Virus record (IMG/VR): IMGVR_UViG_3300010885_080481
DNA: 64,000 nucleotides
Direction: 5' to 3' (one strand)
DNA from: a virus
Taxonomy: Duplodnaviria > Caudoviricetes
This document shows positions 55,767 through 64,000 of the stretch, one piece after another. The notes below the pieces were generated by a model, which saw nothing but the letters and a program-made list of their open reading frames with translations, did not search any database and was not told the DNA's origin. The position numbers and the translations under genes are program-made. Position 1 is the stretch's first letter. Every line of letters begins with the position of its first letter.

Positions 55767-56050
55767 TCTATGGATTAATTTTTACTAATATTTTGGCATT
55801 TTTTTCTTTAGGTTGGTTGATAAGAAAACACCTAAGTTTGCTAGAAAAATTTGATACGATTGTTGAACAAGTAGAGGAGTCATTAGACGTGATAGACTCC
55901 TCTTATAACAGAATGACTAACCTTCTTGAAACGCCAGTTTTGTTAGATGATCCTATTGTAGTAGAGTTAGTACAAAGTGCAAAAAATGCTAAAGATTCTT
56001 TGCTCCTCGTCGCAAATAAAATCACAATTAATGAAGATTCAAATCAGTAA
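55763..56050 (+). CDS. small membrane-anchored coiled-coil protein
   Basis: N-terminal hydrophobic helix followed by acidic heptads. Confidence 0.6.
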   Translation: MIYGLIFTNILAFFSLGWLIRKHLSLLEKFDTIVEQVEESLDVIDSSYNRMTNLLETPVLLDDPIVVELVQSAKNAKDSLLLVANKITINEDSNQ

Positions 56051-56059
56051 AGAGAAAAC

Positions 56060-56842
56060 GTGCAAAATACAAGAAATAAAAAAGATCGTAAAGATCTTGA
56101 AAAAAATAAAAAGCCGCAGCCCTCCACAGAAGCTGGAGATACTCTCACAGTTAATCCAAAGTTCTATTTCACCCCTAAAACGCAGGAAGCAATCTGTAAG
56201 TTTCAACAGGCTACTGAAAAACGTGAAAGAGAAAAGTTATACGTAGAAGAGATCTCGCCTGCCTTTGAAAAGTTGGTTGAAAATCTGATCAACATTCATA
56301 AGTTTAGCAGCATGTATGATTCGTATGATGACTTAAAGAGCGACTGCGTCAATTTCTTGTTTGAGACAATACACAAGTTCAATAAGTCGATGGGAACAAA
56401 CGCATTTTCTTATTTTAATGTCGTCGCAAAAAACTGGTTGATAATTAAGACGAAACAAAAAGTTCAAAAAACAAAAAAGAACGTTAGTTTAAACGACGTG
56501 GCTTCATTAACCATGGCTGAGCTACAGACGATAGAAGAATACAACACAATTCCTGCTCAAGATGTAGAGCTAGACAAAGTCGCTCATTCAGCAAAAATTT
56601 TAAAGGTTCTTTATGACATTAGATCTAAAGTCAAGGTAGAGAACGAACTTGCATGCATCAATTCAGTCATCACAATCTTTGAAAACATCAATGATATAGA
56701 CATTCTCAACAAGAGCGCAATTCTTCTTTACATAAGAGAGTTATCAGGTTTGACCCCTAAACAGTTGACGACGTCAATTCAGTCAATAAAAAAACATTAC
56801 AATAAATTAAGACCTGGATTGCTTTTCGACGTATTCGAATAA
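56060..56842 (+). CDS. phage sigma factor (T4 gp55-like)
   Basis: KFYF..., DDLKSDCVNFLFETIHKF...GTNAFSYFNVVAKNWL resembles sigma region 2 of gp55-type factors. Confidence 0.72.
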   Translation: MQNTRNKKDRKDLEKNKKPQPSTEAGDTLTVNPKFYFTPKTQEAICKFQQATEKREREKLYVEEISPAFEKLVENLINIHKFSSMYDSYDDLKSDCVNFLFETIHKFNKSMGTNAFSYFNVVAKNWLIIKTKQKVQKTKKNVSLNDVASLTMAELQTIEEYNTIPAQDVELDKVAHSAKILKVLYDIRSKVKVENELACINSVITIFENINDIDILNKSAILLYIRELSGLTPKQLTTSIQSIKKHYNKLRPGLLFDVFE

Positions 56843-56858
56843 TTTTTAAGGGTAACTT

Positions 56859-57233
56859 ATGAATGAACCTGACATGTCTGAGCCTATAGAGATAAGTGAT
56901 CGTTCGATACAGGAGAAAGTAAAAGATTTTAGCGTTCTTCTAAATCAAATAGAAACTGTAAATGACAAGAAGAAGCAGTTGTGGAAAGAAATCTACGAAA
57001 ACGCAATTTGTGATAGGCAAAATGCTTACATAATGTTCGTGAAGTTGGTGATGATAGTTCAAGATAAGAGCACTGAACATGCTGTTCATGGAAGATCACT
57101 GTCGTCTTACATAGAGAGAATGAGTAAAGCCAATGAGCAGTTGATTAAACTTGCAGAGCTCGTCGCAAAAGCAGAAGCAGCGTCGGAAGCAATAGATCCA
57201 GATGATGTCTTTGACAAGATAAGAGATAATTGA
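56859..57233 (+). CDS. helical hypothetical protein, possible terminase small subunit
   Basis: All-helical 124 aa; MSKANEQLIKLAE weakly recalls the T4 gp16 core. ORF is solid, function is speculative. Confidence 0.35.
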   Translation: MNEPDMSEPIEISDRSIQEKVKDFSVLLNQIETVNDKKKQLWKEIYENAICDRQNAYIMFVKLVMIVQDKSTEHAVHGRSLSSYIERMSKANEQLIKLAELVAKAEAASEAIDPDDVFDKIRDN

Positions 57234-57234
57234 A

Positions 57235-58734
57235 ATGAATTGGAAGCTTGCAGAAGAAGTAGCCCAAGGCGTTTATAAAGAAAATGGAATGCTTAGGTCT
57301 GCGTTCAACTCGATCACATCCAATATAGTCAATTTAAATCCAATTTTTCTCAGGTACGTTGTTGAAGAAGTTATTTTTTCTCCTAAGCTTTTGAATGATG
57401 ATGAGTTATCTGATATAAATCGACGTATAGGTTACATTGATAACATTCTATATGCCAAAGGTAAAATATTGCCTAGGAATACTATCATTGCTAAGGAAAT
57501 AAGAGACGTTAACCGTGGAAACGATACTCGAGCCGCAAAGTCTAGAATTTTATTACCTTTTTTCTCATCACATCTTGCAATGCCTTGTAAACCTGGAGAA
57601 CATGTCTGGGTCATATATGAAGACGTAATGAATCAGCAAGGGTTGGGATATTGGGTTAGTAGAGTTGTTGGGTTTGATCACATAGATGACGTAAATCATT
57701 CTCATTTCCCACGTAACGATGATTCTTCATTCAACGCTCAAGTAGACTTGAACACCGTTCCTCGTTATCATTTTAAGAATGGACACTTCATTGAGATTGT
57801 TGATAGAGAAACTCAAAATAGAGGTTCTCGCTTAGATTTTTTCTTTGTAAAGAATAAAGAAAATCAAAATCCTGATAACGTGTACGAAGATATTTTATTT
57901 TCTTCCAATGGAACGAAAGCCACGGTTAAAGAACCAGTTCCTAGATTTAAAAAACGTCCTGGAGATCTTGCGTTGGAAGGAAGTAACAACTCTTTAATCG
58001 TGTTGGGTAATGAAAGATCTTTTTCGGAAGACGCTAAAGTTTCTTCAGCTGAGGTTTTAGATGGATTCAAGGATAGTGCAGGAACCATTGACATGGTTGT
58101 TGGTAGAGGTTCTACCCAACAGACGATGGGAAAAATCATTAAAAATGATTTAAAATTTGATGAATTAGATAAGTTTGCTTTAAACGTTCAAGCTAAAGAA
58201 GGAGATCCTGATTTTAATTCTGATAGAAGCAGAATTTTATTATCTCAAAGAACGTTGCCTGATTCTAAGTTCTCTATAGCAACTTATAATCAGGAAAAAA
58301 ATAAAATTTCAGATTCAGCCGACGGCGATGCCGCCGTCGTGATTAAAACAGATAAAGTTCGTATAATAGCTAGATCAGATGTGCAGCTGTTGGTCCAAGG
58401 ATTCCAACCAGCCACAGATCCAGTCGGCAAAAATATAAAAGAGTCATTAACTGACGCTAAAAATTGGGCATCAATCACTATTAAGTCAGATGGAAACATA
58501 GTTTTTACTCCTTCAGAAATGGGGTATATAAAGTTAGGAGGAGATGATGCAGATAAAGGTATTTTATGCACAGCTACTCCTGTTTCAGCTGTTAATGGTG
58601 GCGTAGAAGGTCAACCAATCGGTAATGATGCTGGCGGTCGGTCAGGCGGGTCTTTGGCTGCAAGCCCGCAAGGAAATACCCCTGCAATACATCCAGCCAA
58701 TGGAACTTTTGCAAATAAGGTTTTAGTGAAATAA
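57235..58734 (+). CDS. baseplate hub/spike protein (gp5/VgrG-like)
   Basis: LLPF...PCKPGEHVWVIYE OB-fold pattern, GDLALEGSNNSLIVLG, short beta repeats, IKLGG tip segment; upstream of gp25 and gp6. Confidence 0.6.
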   Translation: MNWKLAEEVAQGVYKENGMLRSAFNSITSNIVNLNPIFLRYVVEEVIFSPKLLNDDELSDINRRIGYIDNILYAKGKILPRNTIIAKEIRDVNRGNDTRAAKSRILLPFFSSHLAMPCKPGEHVWVIYEDVMNQQGLGYWVSRVVGFDHIDDVNHSHFPRNDDSSFNAQVDLNTVPRYHFKNGHFIEIVDRETQNRGSRLDFFFVKNKENQNPDNVYEDILFSSNGTKATVKEPVPRFKKRPGDLALEGSNNSLIVLGNERSFSEDAKVSSAEVLDGFKDSAGTIDMVVGRGSTQQTMGKIIKNDLKFDELDKFALNVQAKEGDPDFNSDRSRILLSQRTLPDSKFSIATYNQEKNKISDSADGDAAVVIKTDKVRIIARSDVQLLVQGFQPATDPVGKNIKESLTDAKNWASITIKSDGNIVFTPSEMGYIKLGGDDADKGILCTATPVSAVNGGVEGQPIGNDAGGRSGGSLAASPQGNTPAIHPANGTFANKVLVK

Positions 58735-58737
58735 ACT

Positions 58738-61242
58738 ATGGGTTGTTTAGTAGACGCAGGAATTTTAAATCCTGATAAAACGCTGTCTCAAAATGCAAAA
58801 GACAACTTTATCAAGGAGGTAAAAGAGATAATAATTTACGGATCAGCGAATACTCCTACTCCTTCTCTTTTTGGATGTGGAGATGAAATACCTCCGACAC
58901 CTGGAGCTACTTTTGAAAATATTAAACTAGAAGACGAAACAATCTACGGTTCATTCCATAGAGATATATTAAAAAATAAGTATGAAAAATTTGCAGCTGC
59001 TTTAGATGTAGAATCCACACACAGCTTGTTACCTCTAATCGCTGATCCTCTTGCATTGGCTGGCAAGTTAGGAGTTGACCTTCCTGCACCATCATTCCCG
59101 GATGGATTTATACCGTACTTTTCAGGTCTTTTAATTCCAAAACTTAGTTTAGATCTTTTTGACGCAGGAATACCAGACTATCTATTCCCGCCTGCCCTCG
59201 CCGCAAAATTACCAGATTTTATTTCAATACCACAACCACCAGCCTTGTTTCCTCTTCCTGCAGCTCTTCCCCCTCCTATTCCGGGAGTGACTCCTCCCCC
59301 GCTGCCAGAAATAACTCCTCCAGAGTTTCCTGACATACCTCAACCTATTGACCTAGCAATACCACAAGTTCCTACTCCTCCAGTTGAGTTAGCTTTAGGA
59401 GAACTCTTGTCCGTCGACGCCGCAATAGTTACAACCATACCTAAGTTATTGGGCGGCATAATCGCGGATATTCCAAAATTAGTTTTGAAATTGACTGATT
59501 TACCTTCATTATTTTCTGATATTTGCAAAAATGTTTCTGAGTCAGGGATATTTGGTGAAGAAAAAGAAAATGAAAAATTAAAAAAGATCTATAACAGAGT
59601 TTTGTCAAAAAAACTTTCTTCTTGTTTATTTGTTGCTGCACTGGCTTCGACGATAGGTTCTGGAAAAGGTAGCGTATCTTCCGCTGTTTCTGAGAAAGCT
59701 ACGAACGTACCTGCTCCTCCTGCTCCTCCTCCAACTCAGGCCGAGGCTCCTTCTTGGCAAGATAGAATAAAATCAAAAGCTGATCAGTGCGCTGGTTTGT
59801 CTTACGGAGGAGATCGAGAAAACTACGTTCAAACTCTTTATTACATCGAATACGTAAATTCGACCCTTGCGAGTAACAACGTGTCGGTTTATGGAAAGCC
59901 TGTAATACCAGCTAGATTACCAGAAAAGGGAACCAAATATCAATATCAAGAAGATCTAGTAGAAGCTTTTTCTTCCAATATTATTTCTGGAACCAACGTC
60001 AGCGGCGGCCCACAAGAATTAGGCGAAGCAAATAAATACGGCGTAGAAGATAGCTACGGATTCTATAAATATGTTTTGCTTTCAGGACAAACAGATTCAT
60101 CTTGTGCTCTGTTTGCAAGATCTTGTCTTTATTCAGCAGGGTCAAAAAATGAATTTATGATATCTCAATATCCACCTTCAACTGCAATAGCTGGTCTCAG
60201 AGGGTTGGCTACGTTAAAAAATTACAATTGGTTAATAAAACAAAACGATTCTACTTTTGTGACAAACGATCCATTGTTTACATACTCCAACAGTGTCCTT
60301 GACAAAACTGACATAACAGTACTCACAGACGGGTGGTCTCTAAAAGCAGATTTAACGCCTGTATATGAAAACCCAATATTACAAAATAGTGTTAAGAAGC
60401 AAGAAGAATTAGCTTGTATTTCTTTGTATATGCTGCAAGGAATTGCAGAGTCTTCAGGAAAGTTTCCTGCTCTTGAAATCGGGGATATTTTAATAATGAA
60501 ATCTCCGGCGTCTGCAAAAAGGACATTTGATGATACTCACATAGCAGTCGTTTACGGAGATGTGAATGACGGGATCGAATTTAAGAGACAACAAGATATT
60601 AAAGACGGGAATTATACTTTACCAAAATCTATACTGGTCGTTGAAGGTGGATTAGAAGATGATTTGAATAAAGGACCTGTAAATAAAAATGCCAATAATC
60701 TTTTGCCACAAGCCGCGTATGATGAGTGGGTAAAATTGAGAGATGATTTTGTAAAAAGCAAGAAAAATGATGAAGGACAAAAAAATAAATTAAAAGGATA
60801 CGCAAAAAAAGCATTTTTTTTAGATGATGGATCGGTTCGGGTGATAGCTCCTGACGGTCTTGTTTCTAGTGATGAAACTGAAAGACTTACCGTCCCTCGG
60901 CCGACAAGAATAGATCGCGGAAATTTCAGCGAAGGATATATTAAAACCGGAGGAAATAAGGAAACAGATGGATTTTACATAAGAAAGGTGGGGACAAATA
61001 AAATTGGAGGAGATGGTCCTTTTAGACGAGTGGAAATGATTATAAAAACAAAGAATTTTTTGTCGATAGAATTAATTGAAAAAGAAAACCCTGAAGCGAA
61101 AGATCAGTGTCGTTTAGCTTTAGCAATGCAAGATAAGCATCCGATAATGAAGAAATTTGTTGGTGGGTTGAAAGATAAAGTTAGGTTAGGTTTATTAATA
61201 CCTGAATTATTCCCTTCTTGGCCCCGCCGCCCCAAAAAGTAA
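58738..61242 (+). CDS. baseplate-associated protein with Pro-rich linker and putative CHAP/NlpC-P60-like domain
   Basis: Pro-rich stretch; SCALFAR...GDILI...THIAVV...VVEGG. Confidence 0.5.
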   Translation: MGCLVDAGILNPDKTLSQNAKDNFIKEVKEIIIYGSANTPTPSLFGCGDEIPPTPGATFENIKLEDETIYGSFHRDILKNKYEKFAAALDVESTHSLLPLIADPLALAGKLGVDLPAPSFPDGFIPYFSGLLIPKLSLDLFDAGIPDYLFPPALAAKLPDFISIPQPPALFPLPAALPPPIPGVTPPPLPEITPPEFPDIPQPIDLAIPQVPTPPVELALGELLSVDAAIVTTIPKLLGGIIADIPKLVLKLTDLPSLFSDICKNVSESGIFGEEKENEKLKKIYNRVLSKKLSSCLFVAALASTIGSGKGSVSSAVSEKATNVPAPPAPPPTQAEAPSWQDRIKSKADQCAGLSYGGDRENYVQTLYYIEYVNSTLASNNVSVYGKPVIPARLPEKGTKYQYQEDLVEAFSSNIISGTNVSGGPQELGEANKYGVEDSYGFYKYVLLSGQTDSSCALFARSCLYSAGSKNEFMISQYPPSTAIAGLRGLATLKNYNWLIKQNDSTFVTNDPLFTYSNSVLDKTDITVLTDGWSLKADLTPVYENPILQNSVKKQEELACISLYMLQGIAESSGKFPALEIGDILIMKSPASAKRTFDDTHIAVVYGDVNDGIEFKRQQDIKDGNYTLPKSILVVEGGLEDDLNKGPVNKNANNLLPQAAYDEWVKLRDDFVKSKKNDEGQKNKLKGYAKKAFFLDDGSVRVIAPDGLVSSDETERLTVPRPTRIDRGNFSEGYIKTGGNKETDGFYIRKVGTNKIGGDGPFRRVEMIIKTKNFLSIELIEKENPEAKDQCRLALAMQDKHPIMKKFVGGLKDKVRLGLLIPELFPSWPRRPKK

Positions 61243-61246
61243 AAAT

Positions 61247-61269
61247 AAAAAGGCGGACCGTCTTTTTTT
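61247..61269 (+). terminator. weak intrinsic terminator
   Basis: aaaaaggcg-gac-cgtcttttttt just after the 834 aa gene. Confidence 0.5.
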
Positions 61270-61288
61270 GCTTTCGATATTTAATCGA

Positions 61289-61756
61289 GTGGCATCTTTT
61301 AGCTTCAAAAGTTCTGGTAGAAATACTTCGTTTAAAACTACCGACGTCCAACCGCCTACTGTCATCATTCCCGTTGGCATAAAAACGCCTCTTCAGTTGG
61401 GCGAAAAAGATGTATTTGCGATGCATTACAGCCTCGTCGATCAAGTTCACGATAATTTGCGAAATTTATTGTTGACTAACTGGGGTGAACGTTTGGGATT
61501 TTACTACTTTGGCGCAAATTTAAGAGAGCTGACGACAGAGATATCCAACGTTGACACTTTCGATGAACTAGCTATTCAAAGAATTAAGCAAGCAGTGGGA
61601 ACCTGGATGCCATTTGTTAATTTAAAAAACTTTTCCTCTCAAATAGATGATGCCAGCGATAACAAGACAGGAATTATAAAAATTACTATCACCTACAGCG
61701 TTCCTCAACTATTTATTGAGAATCGAGCTCTTCAGATATCTTTGTTCGTAATATAA
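61289..61756 (+). CDS. baseplate wedge protein (T4 gp25/gpW-like)
   Basis: GIKTP, DNLRNLLLTNWGERLG...FGANL, WMPFV; probable GTG start at 61289. Confidence 0.88.
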   Translation: MASFSFKSSGRNTSFKTTDVQPPTVIIPVGIKTPLQLGEKDVFAMHYSLVDQVHDNLRNLLLTNWGERLGFYYFGANLRELTTEISNVDTFDELAIQRIKQAVGTWMPFVNLKNFSSQIDDASDNKTGIIKITITYSVPQLFIENRALQISLFVI

Positions 61757-61772
61757 TAAGAGTTAAGTTTAT

Positions 61773-63614
61773 ATGGCTTCAGATAACAACTTAAAACAGT
61801 TTAGAATTAGAAACTATCTCGCTAAAGACTTTGATTCTTTAAGAGCTCAATTGCTTGAATACGCTCGGCTGTATTATCCCGATAAAATTCAAGATTTTTC
61901 TGAAGCTTCAGTCGGTGGATTACTTCTAGACCTTGCGGCTTACGCAGGCGATGTGATGACTTTTTATTTGGATCACCAATATAACGAACTAGATCCAAAT
62001 ACGGCCGTAGAAACTAGAAATATAGAAAAAATCATTAGAAATTCAGGCGTCGTTATCACTGGAGCTTCTCCCGCTGTTGTCGAAGCCACGTTATCCTTGG
62101 AAGTACCAGCTACCTTAAATACTTCTACTAACTCTTATGAGCCTGTGGTCAGCGCAATGCCCGTGGTAAGGCAGAATACGCAGTTTACTTCTTTTTCCGG
62201 GATAGATTTTACTCTCTTGCAAGATTTAGATTACAGCAGAAAAAAGTCAGATGGAACATACGCGGCTAACATAAAAATTGCCAGAGTCGGTCTTGACGGA
62301 AATCCATTGACATTTTCTATGTCTCTTTCAGGAGTTTGCATTTCTGGTAAGCAAGCTACTGAAACTTTTCCTTTGGGGGTTTTTACACCTTTTCCTACAA
62401 TTACGCTTTCAAATAATAACGTGACCGATGTCTTATCTGTGGTCGATAACAAAGGTAACACTTATTATCAAGTCAATTATTTGACAGATGATGTCGTCTA
62501 TAAGAACGTAATAAATCTAGCAAAGGATTCTGAAGAAATTTCAGACGCTTTAAAAGTTATACCTGCTCCTTACAGGTTTGTGACGAAAGTAGATCTATCT
62601 AATAGAGCTACAACTCTTATATTAGGCGGCGGAGAAGATACAAGCATAGACGATGATGTGGTACCAGACCCATCTGATTTTGCTGTTTCTTTTCCATACT
62701 CAAAAATCTTTACCAGATCTACGCTAAATCCTTTACAACTATTGAAGACTAGAACGTTGGGTGTTTATGCGCCTAATTCTGTTTTAACTGTCACTTATCG
62801 TTACGGCGGCGGCTTATCTCACAACGTTTCTGCAAAATCTTTAAACTATATTTCTACTCTTTTGATAGATTTTCCCAAGAATCCTCCTTTAGAGATAATC
62901 TCTACCGTAAGAAATAGCTTGTTGGTAACCAATGAAGCCCCTTCGTCAGGAGGAGAAGATGCTCCGTCTACTGATCTCTTGAAGAACTTAATACCTTCTT
63001 CAAAAAATTCACAGGATAGAATCGTGACGAAAGAAGACTTGTTGGCTAGAGTTTATTCAATACCGACAAACTTTGGTAAGGTTTTCAGGGCCGCGATTAG
63101 ATCTAACGAAAACAACCCGATGGCTTCTCAACTCTTTATAGTTTGCAGAAATTCAAACTCCAAGTTGATGTACGCATCTGATACGTTGAAAGAAAATCTC
63201 AGAAAGTATTTGAATCCTTATAGATTAGTGAATGACGCCATCGACATTTTAGATGCTTACATAGTGAATCTTACTTTTGCGTTTGATGTTCTTGTAGACC
63301 CATCATTGAATAAACAAATTGTGTTACAAAATGCATTAATAGAAGTTAAAAATCTGCTAAGGACTACAAATTTTTCGATAGATCAGCCGATCATTATTTC
63401 TGAAATCACTAATGTAATATCTAGAACGCCTGGGGTCGTTTCGGTCATTAATGCTACATTCTATGGCATAAATGATGTAGTAAATAACCGTACCTATAGT
63501 AACGTAACATTTAACGTAAAAGATAACACGCGAAGAGGAATGATCTACCCTCCTCCTGGCGGAATATTTGAGATAAAATATCCTGAGGTTGATATAGTTG
63601 GAAGGGCAGTCTGA
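61773..63614 (+). CDS. baseplate wedge protein (T4 gp6/baseplate J-like)
   Basis: KDFDSLRAQL..YA..YYP...DFSEAS.G.LLLDL.AY.GD...FYLD.Q.NE, YRYGGG, GGED, QDRIVTKED. Confidence 0.9.
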   Translation: MASDNNLKQFRIRNYLAKDFDSLRAQLLEYARLYYPDKIQDFSEASVGGLLLDLAAYAGDVMTFYLDHQYNELDPNTAVETRNIEKIIRNSGVVITGASPAVVEATLSLEVPATLNTSTNSYEPVVSAMPVVRQNTQFTSFSGIDFTLLQDLDYSRKKSDGTYAANIKIARVGLDGNPLTFSMSLSGVCISGKQATETFPLGVFTPFPTITLSNNNVTDVLSVVDNKGNTYYQVNYLTDDVVYKNVINLAKDSEEISDALKVIPAPYRFVTKVDLSNRATTLILGGGEDTSIDDDVVPDPSDFAVSFPYSKIFTRSTLNPLQLLKTRTLGVYAPNSVLTVTYRYGGGLSHNVSAKSLNYISTLLIDFPKNPPLEIISTVRNSLLVTNEAPSSGGEDAPSTDLLKNLIPSSKNSQDRIVTKEDLLARVYSIPTNFGKVFRAAIRSNENNPMASQLFIVCRNSNSKLMYASDTLKENLRKYLNPYRLVNDAIDILDAYIVNLTFAFDVLVDPSLNKQIVLQNALIEVKNLLRTTNFSIDQPIIISEITNVISRTPGVVSVINATFYGINDVVNNRTYSNVTFNVKDNTRRGMIYPPPGGIFEIKYPEVDIVGRAV

Positions 63615-64000
63615 TGTATAAGATACTATCTGCAGACAAAGATTCTTACATAACCAACAGAGTAATAGGTACCGTTGGCTCTGGTACTTTGATGGTCAAT
63701 TCCAACGTGGGACAAGCAGGTACTCTGGATCTATTTAAACTCTATGGAGCAACGTATGCTTCAGGCAACATACCTAACACAGAGTTAACTAGATTGCTAG
63801 TTCATTTTGATCTATCACCAGTTCAAACGTTGGTAAATGATGGCAAGCTAAACGTCAATGACAGCAGCTTCAATTGTTACCTGAAAATGTTTGATGTCTA
63901 TGGTGGTCAAACAACACCTCAAGATTTTGATGTAAAAGTTTTCCCTTTGTCCAGATCATTCTCTGAAGGGAATGGAAGAGATGTAGTTTATTATTCTGAC
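63614..64000 (+). CDS. 5' part of a structural protein (DNRLRE-like), runs off the window
   Basis: ATG overlapping the gp6 stop opens MYKILSADKDSYIT...TRLLVHFDLS...FPLSRSFSEG with no stop before the edge. Confidence 0.65.
   Translation, partial: MYKILSADKDSYITNRVIGTVGSGTLMVNSNVGQAGTLDLFKLYGATYASGNIPNTELTRLLVHFDLSPVQTLVNDGKLNVNDSSFNCYLKMFDVYGGQTTPQDFDVKVFPLSRSFSEGNGRDVVYYSD

Noticed and set aside
59190-59750. Pro-codon DNA repeats (cctgctcctcct...)
   Set aside because: Explained by low-complexity protein sequence, not a DNA-level repeat element
2938-62461. Many 60-125 aa opposite-strand or nested ORFs in the track (e.g. 2938-3183, 6031-6324, 49377-49664, 51740-52114, 55977-56246, 62231-62461)
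   Set aside because: Shadows of long motif-bearing genes, with no recognisable motifs or initiation signals
57235-64000. Extracellular contractile injection system or T6SS
   Set aside because: TerL, probable portal, head-completion protein, primase and phage sigma in the same window indicate a phage
1-64000. Stop-codon reassignment, inteins, introns or a diversity-generating retroelement
   Set aside because: Conserved genes are full length under the standard code; no intein motifs, reverse transcriptase or template/variable repeat pair seen

Overview
AT-rich (roughly one-third G+C by eye), densely coded fragment of a large T4-like/jumbo-type tailed dsDNA phage with a contractile tail. There is one major strand switch, at about 29.9 kb. 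The left arm (minus strand) carries a probable portal N-terminus, TerL, a single-chain Mre11-Rad50 (SbcD-SbcC) fusion, primase, a RuvC-like resolvase, a gp4-like head-completion nuclease, seven virion-type proteins, PIN-PhoH, an Hc1-like protein, a DinG helicase, ClpP and a degenerate GroEL. A small stand-alone sigma-4 protein lies on the plus strand within this arm. The right arm (plus strand) carries a ~26 kb glycan-biosynthesis island: an RmlC-less dTDP-rhamnose route, ADP-heptose enzymes plus a GT9, a carbamoyltransferase, two methyltransferases, two further epimerases, a sugar dehydrogenase and about 13 glycosyltransferase-like genes. A gp55-like sigma factor and baseplate genes (gp5-, gp25-, gp6-like) follow. 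The most notable observations are the glycan island with non-canonical pathway parts, a recurring TGAAC-N16/17-TAnnnT promoter alongside a sigma-4-only protein with an altered recognition helix, a GroEL lacking its ATP motif, and stacked palindromes at the strand switch. All assignments come from motif recognition by eye; no database searches were run.
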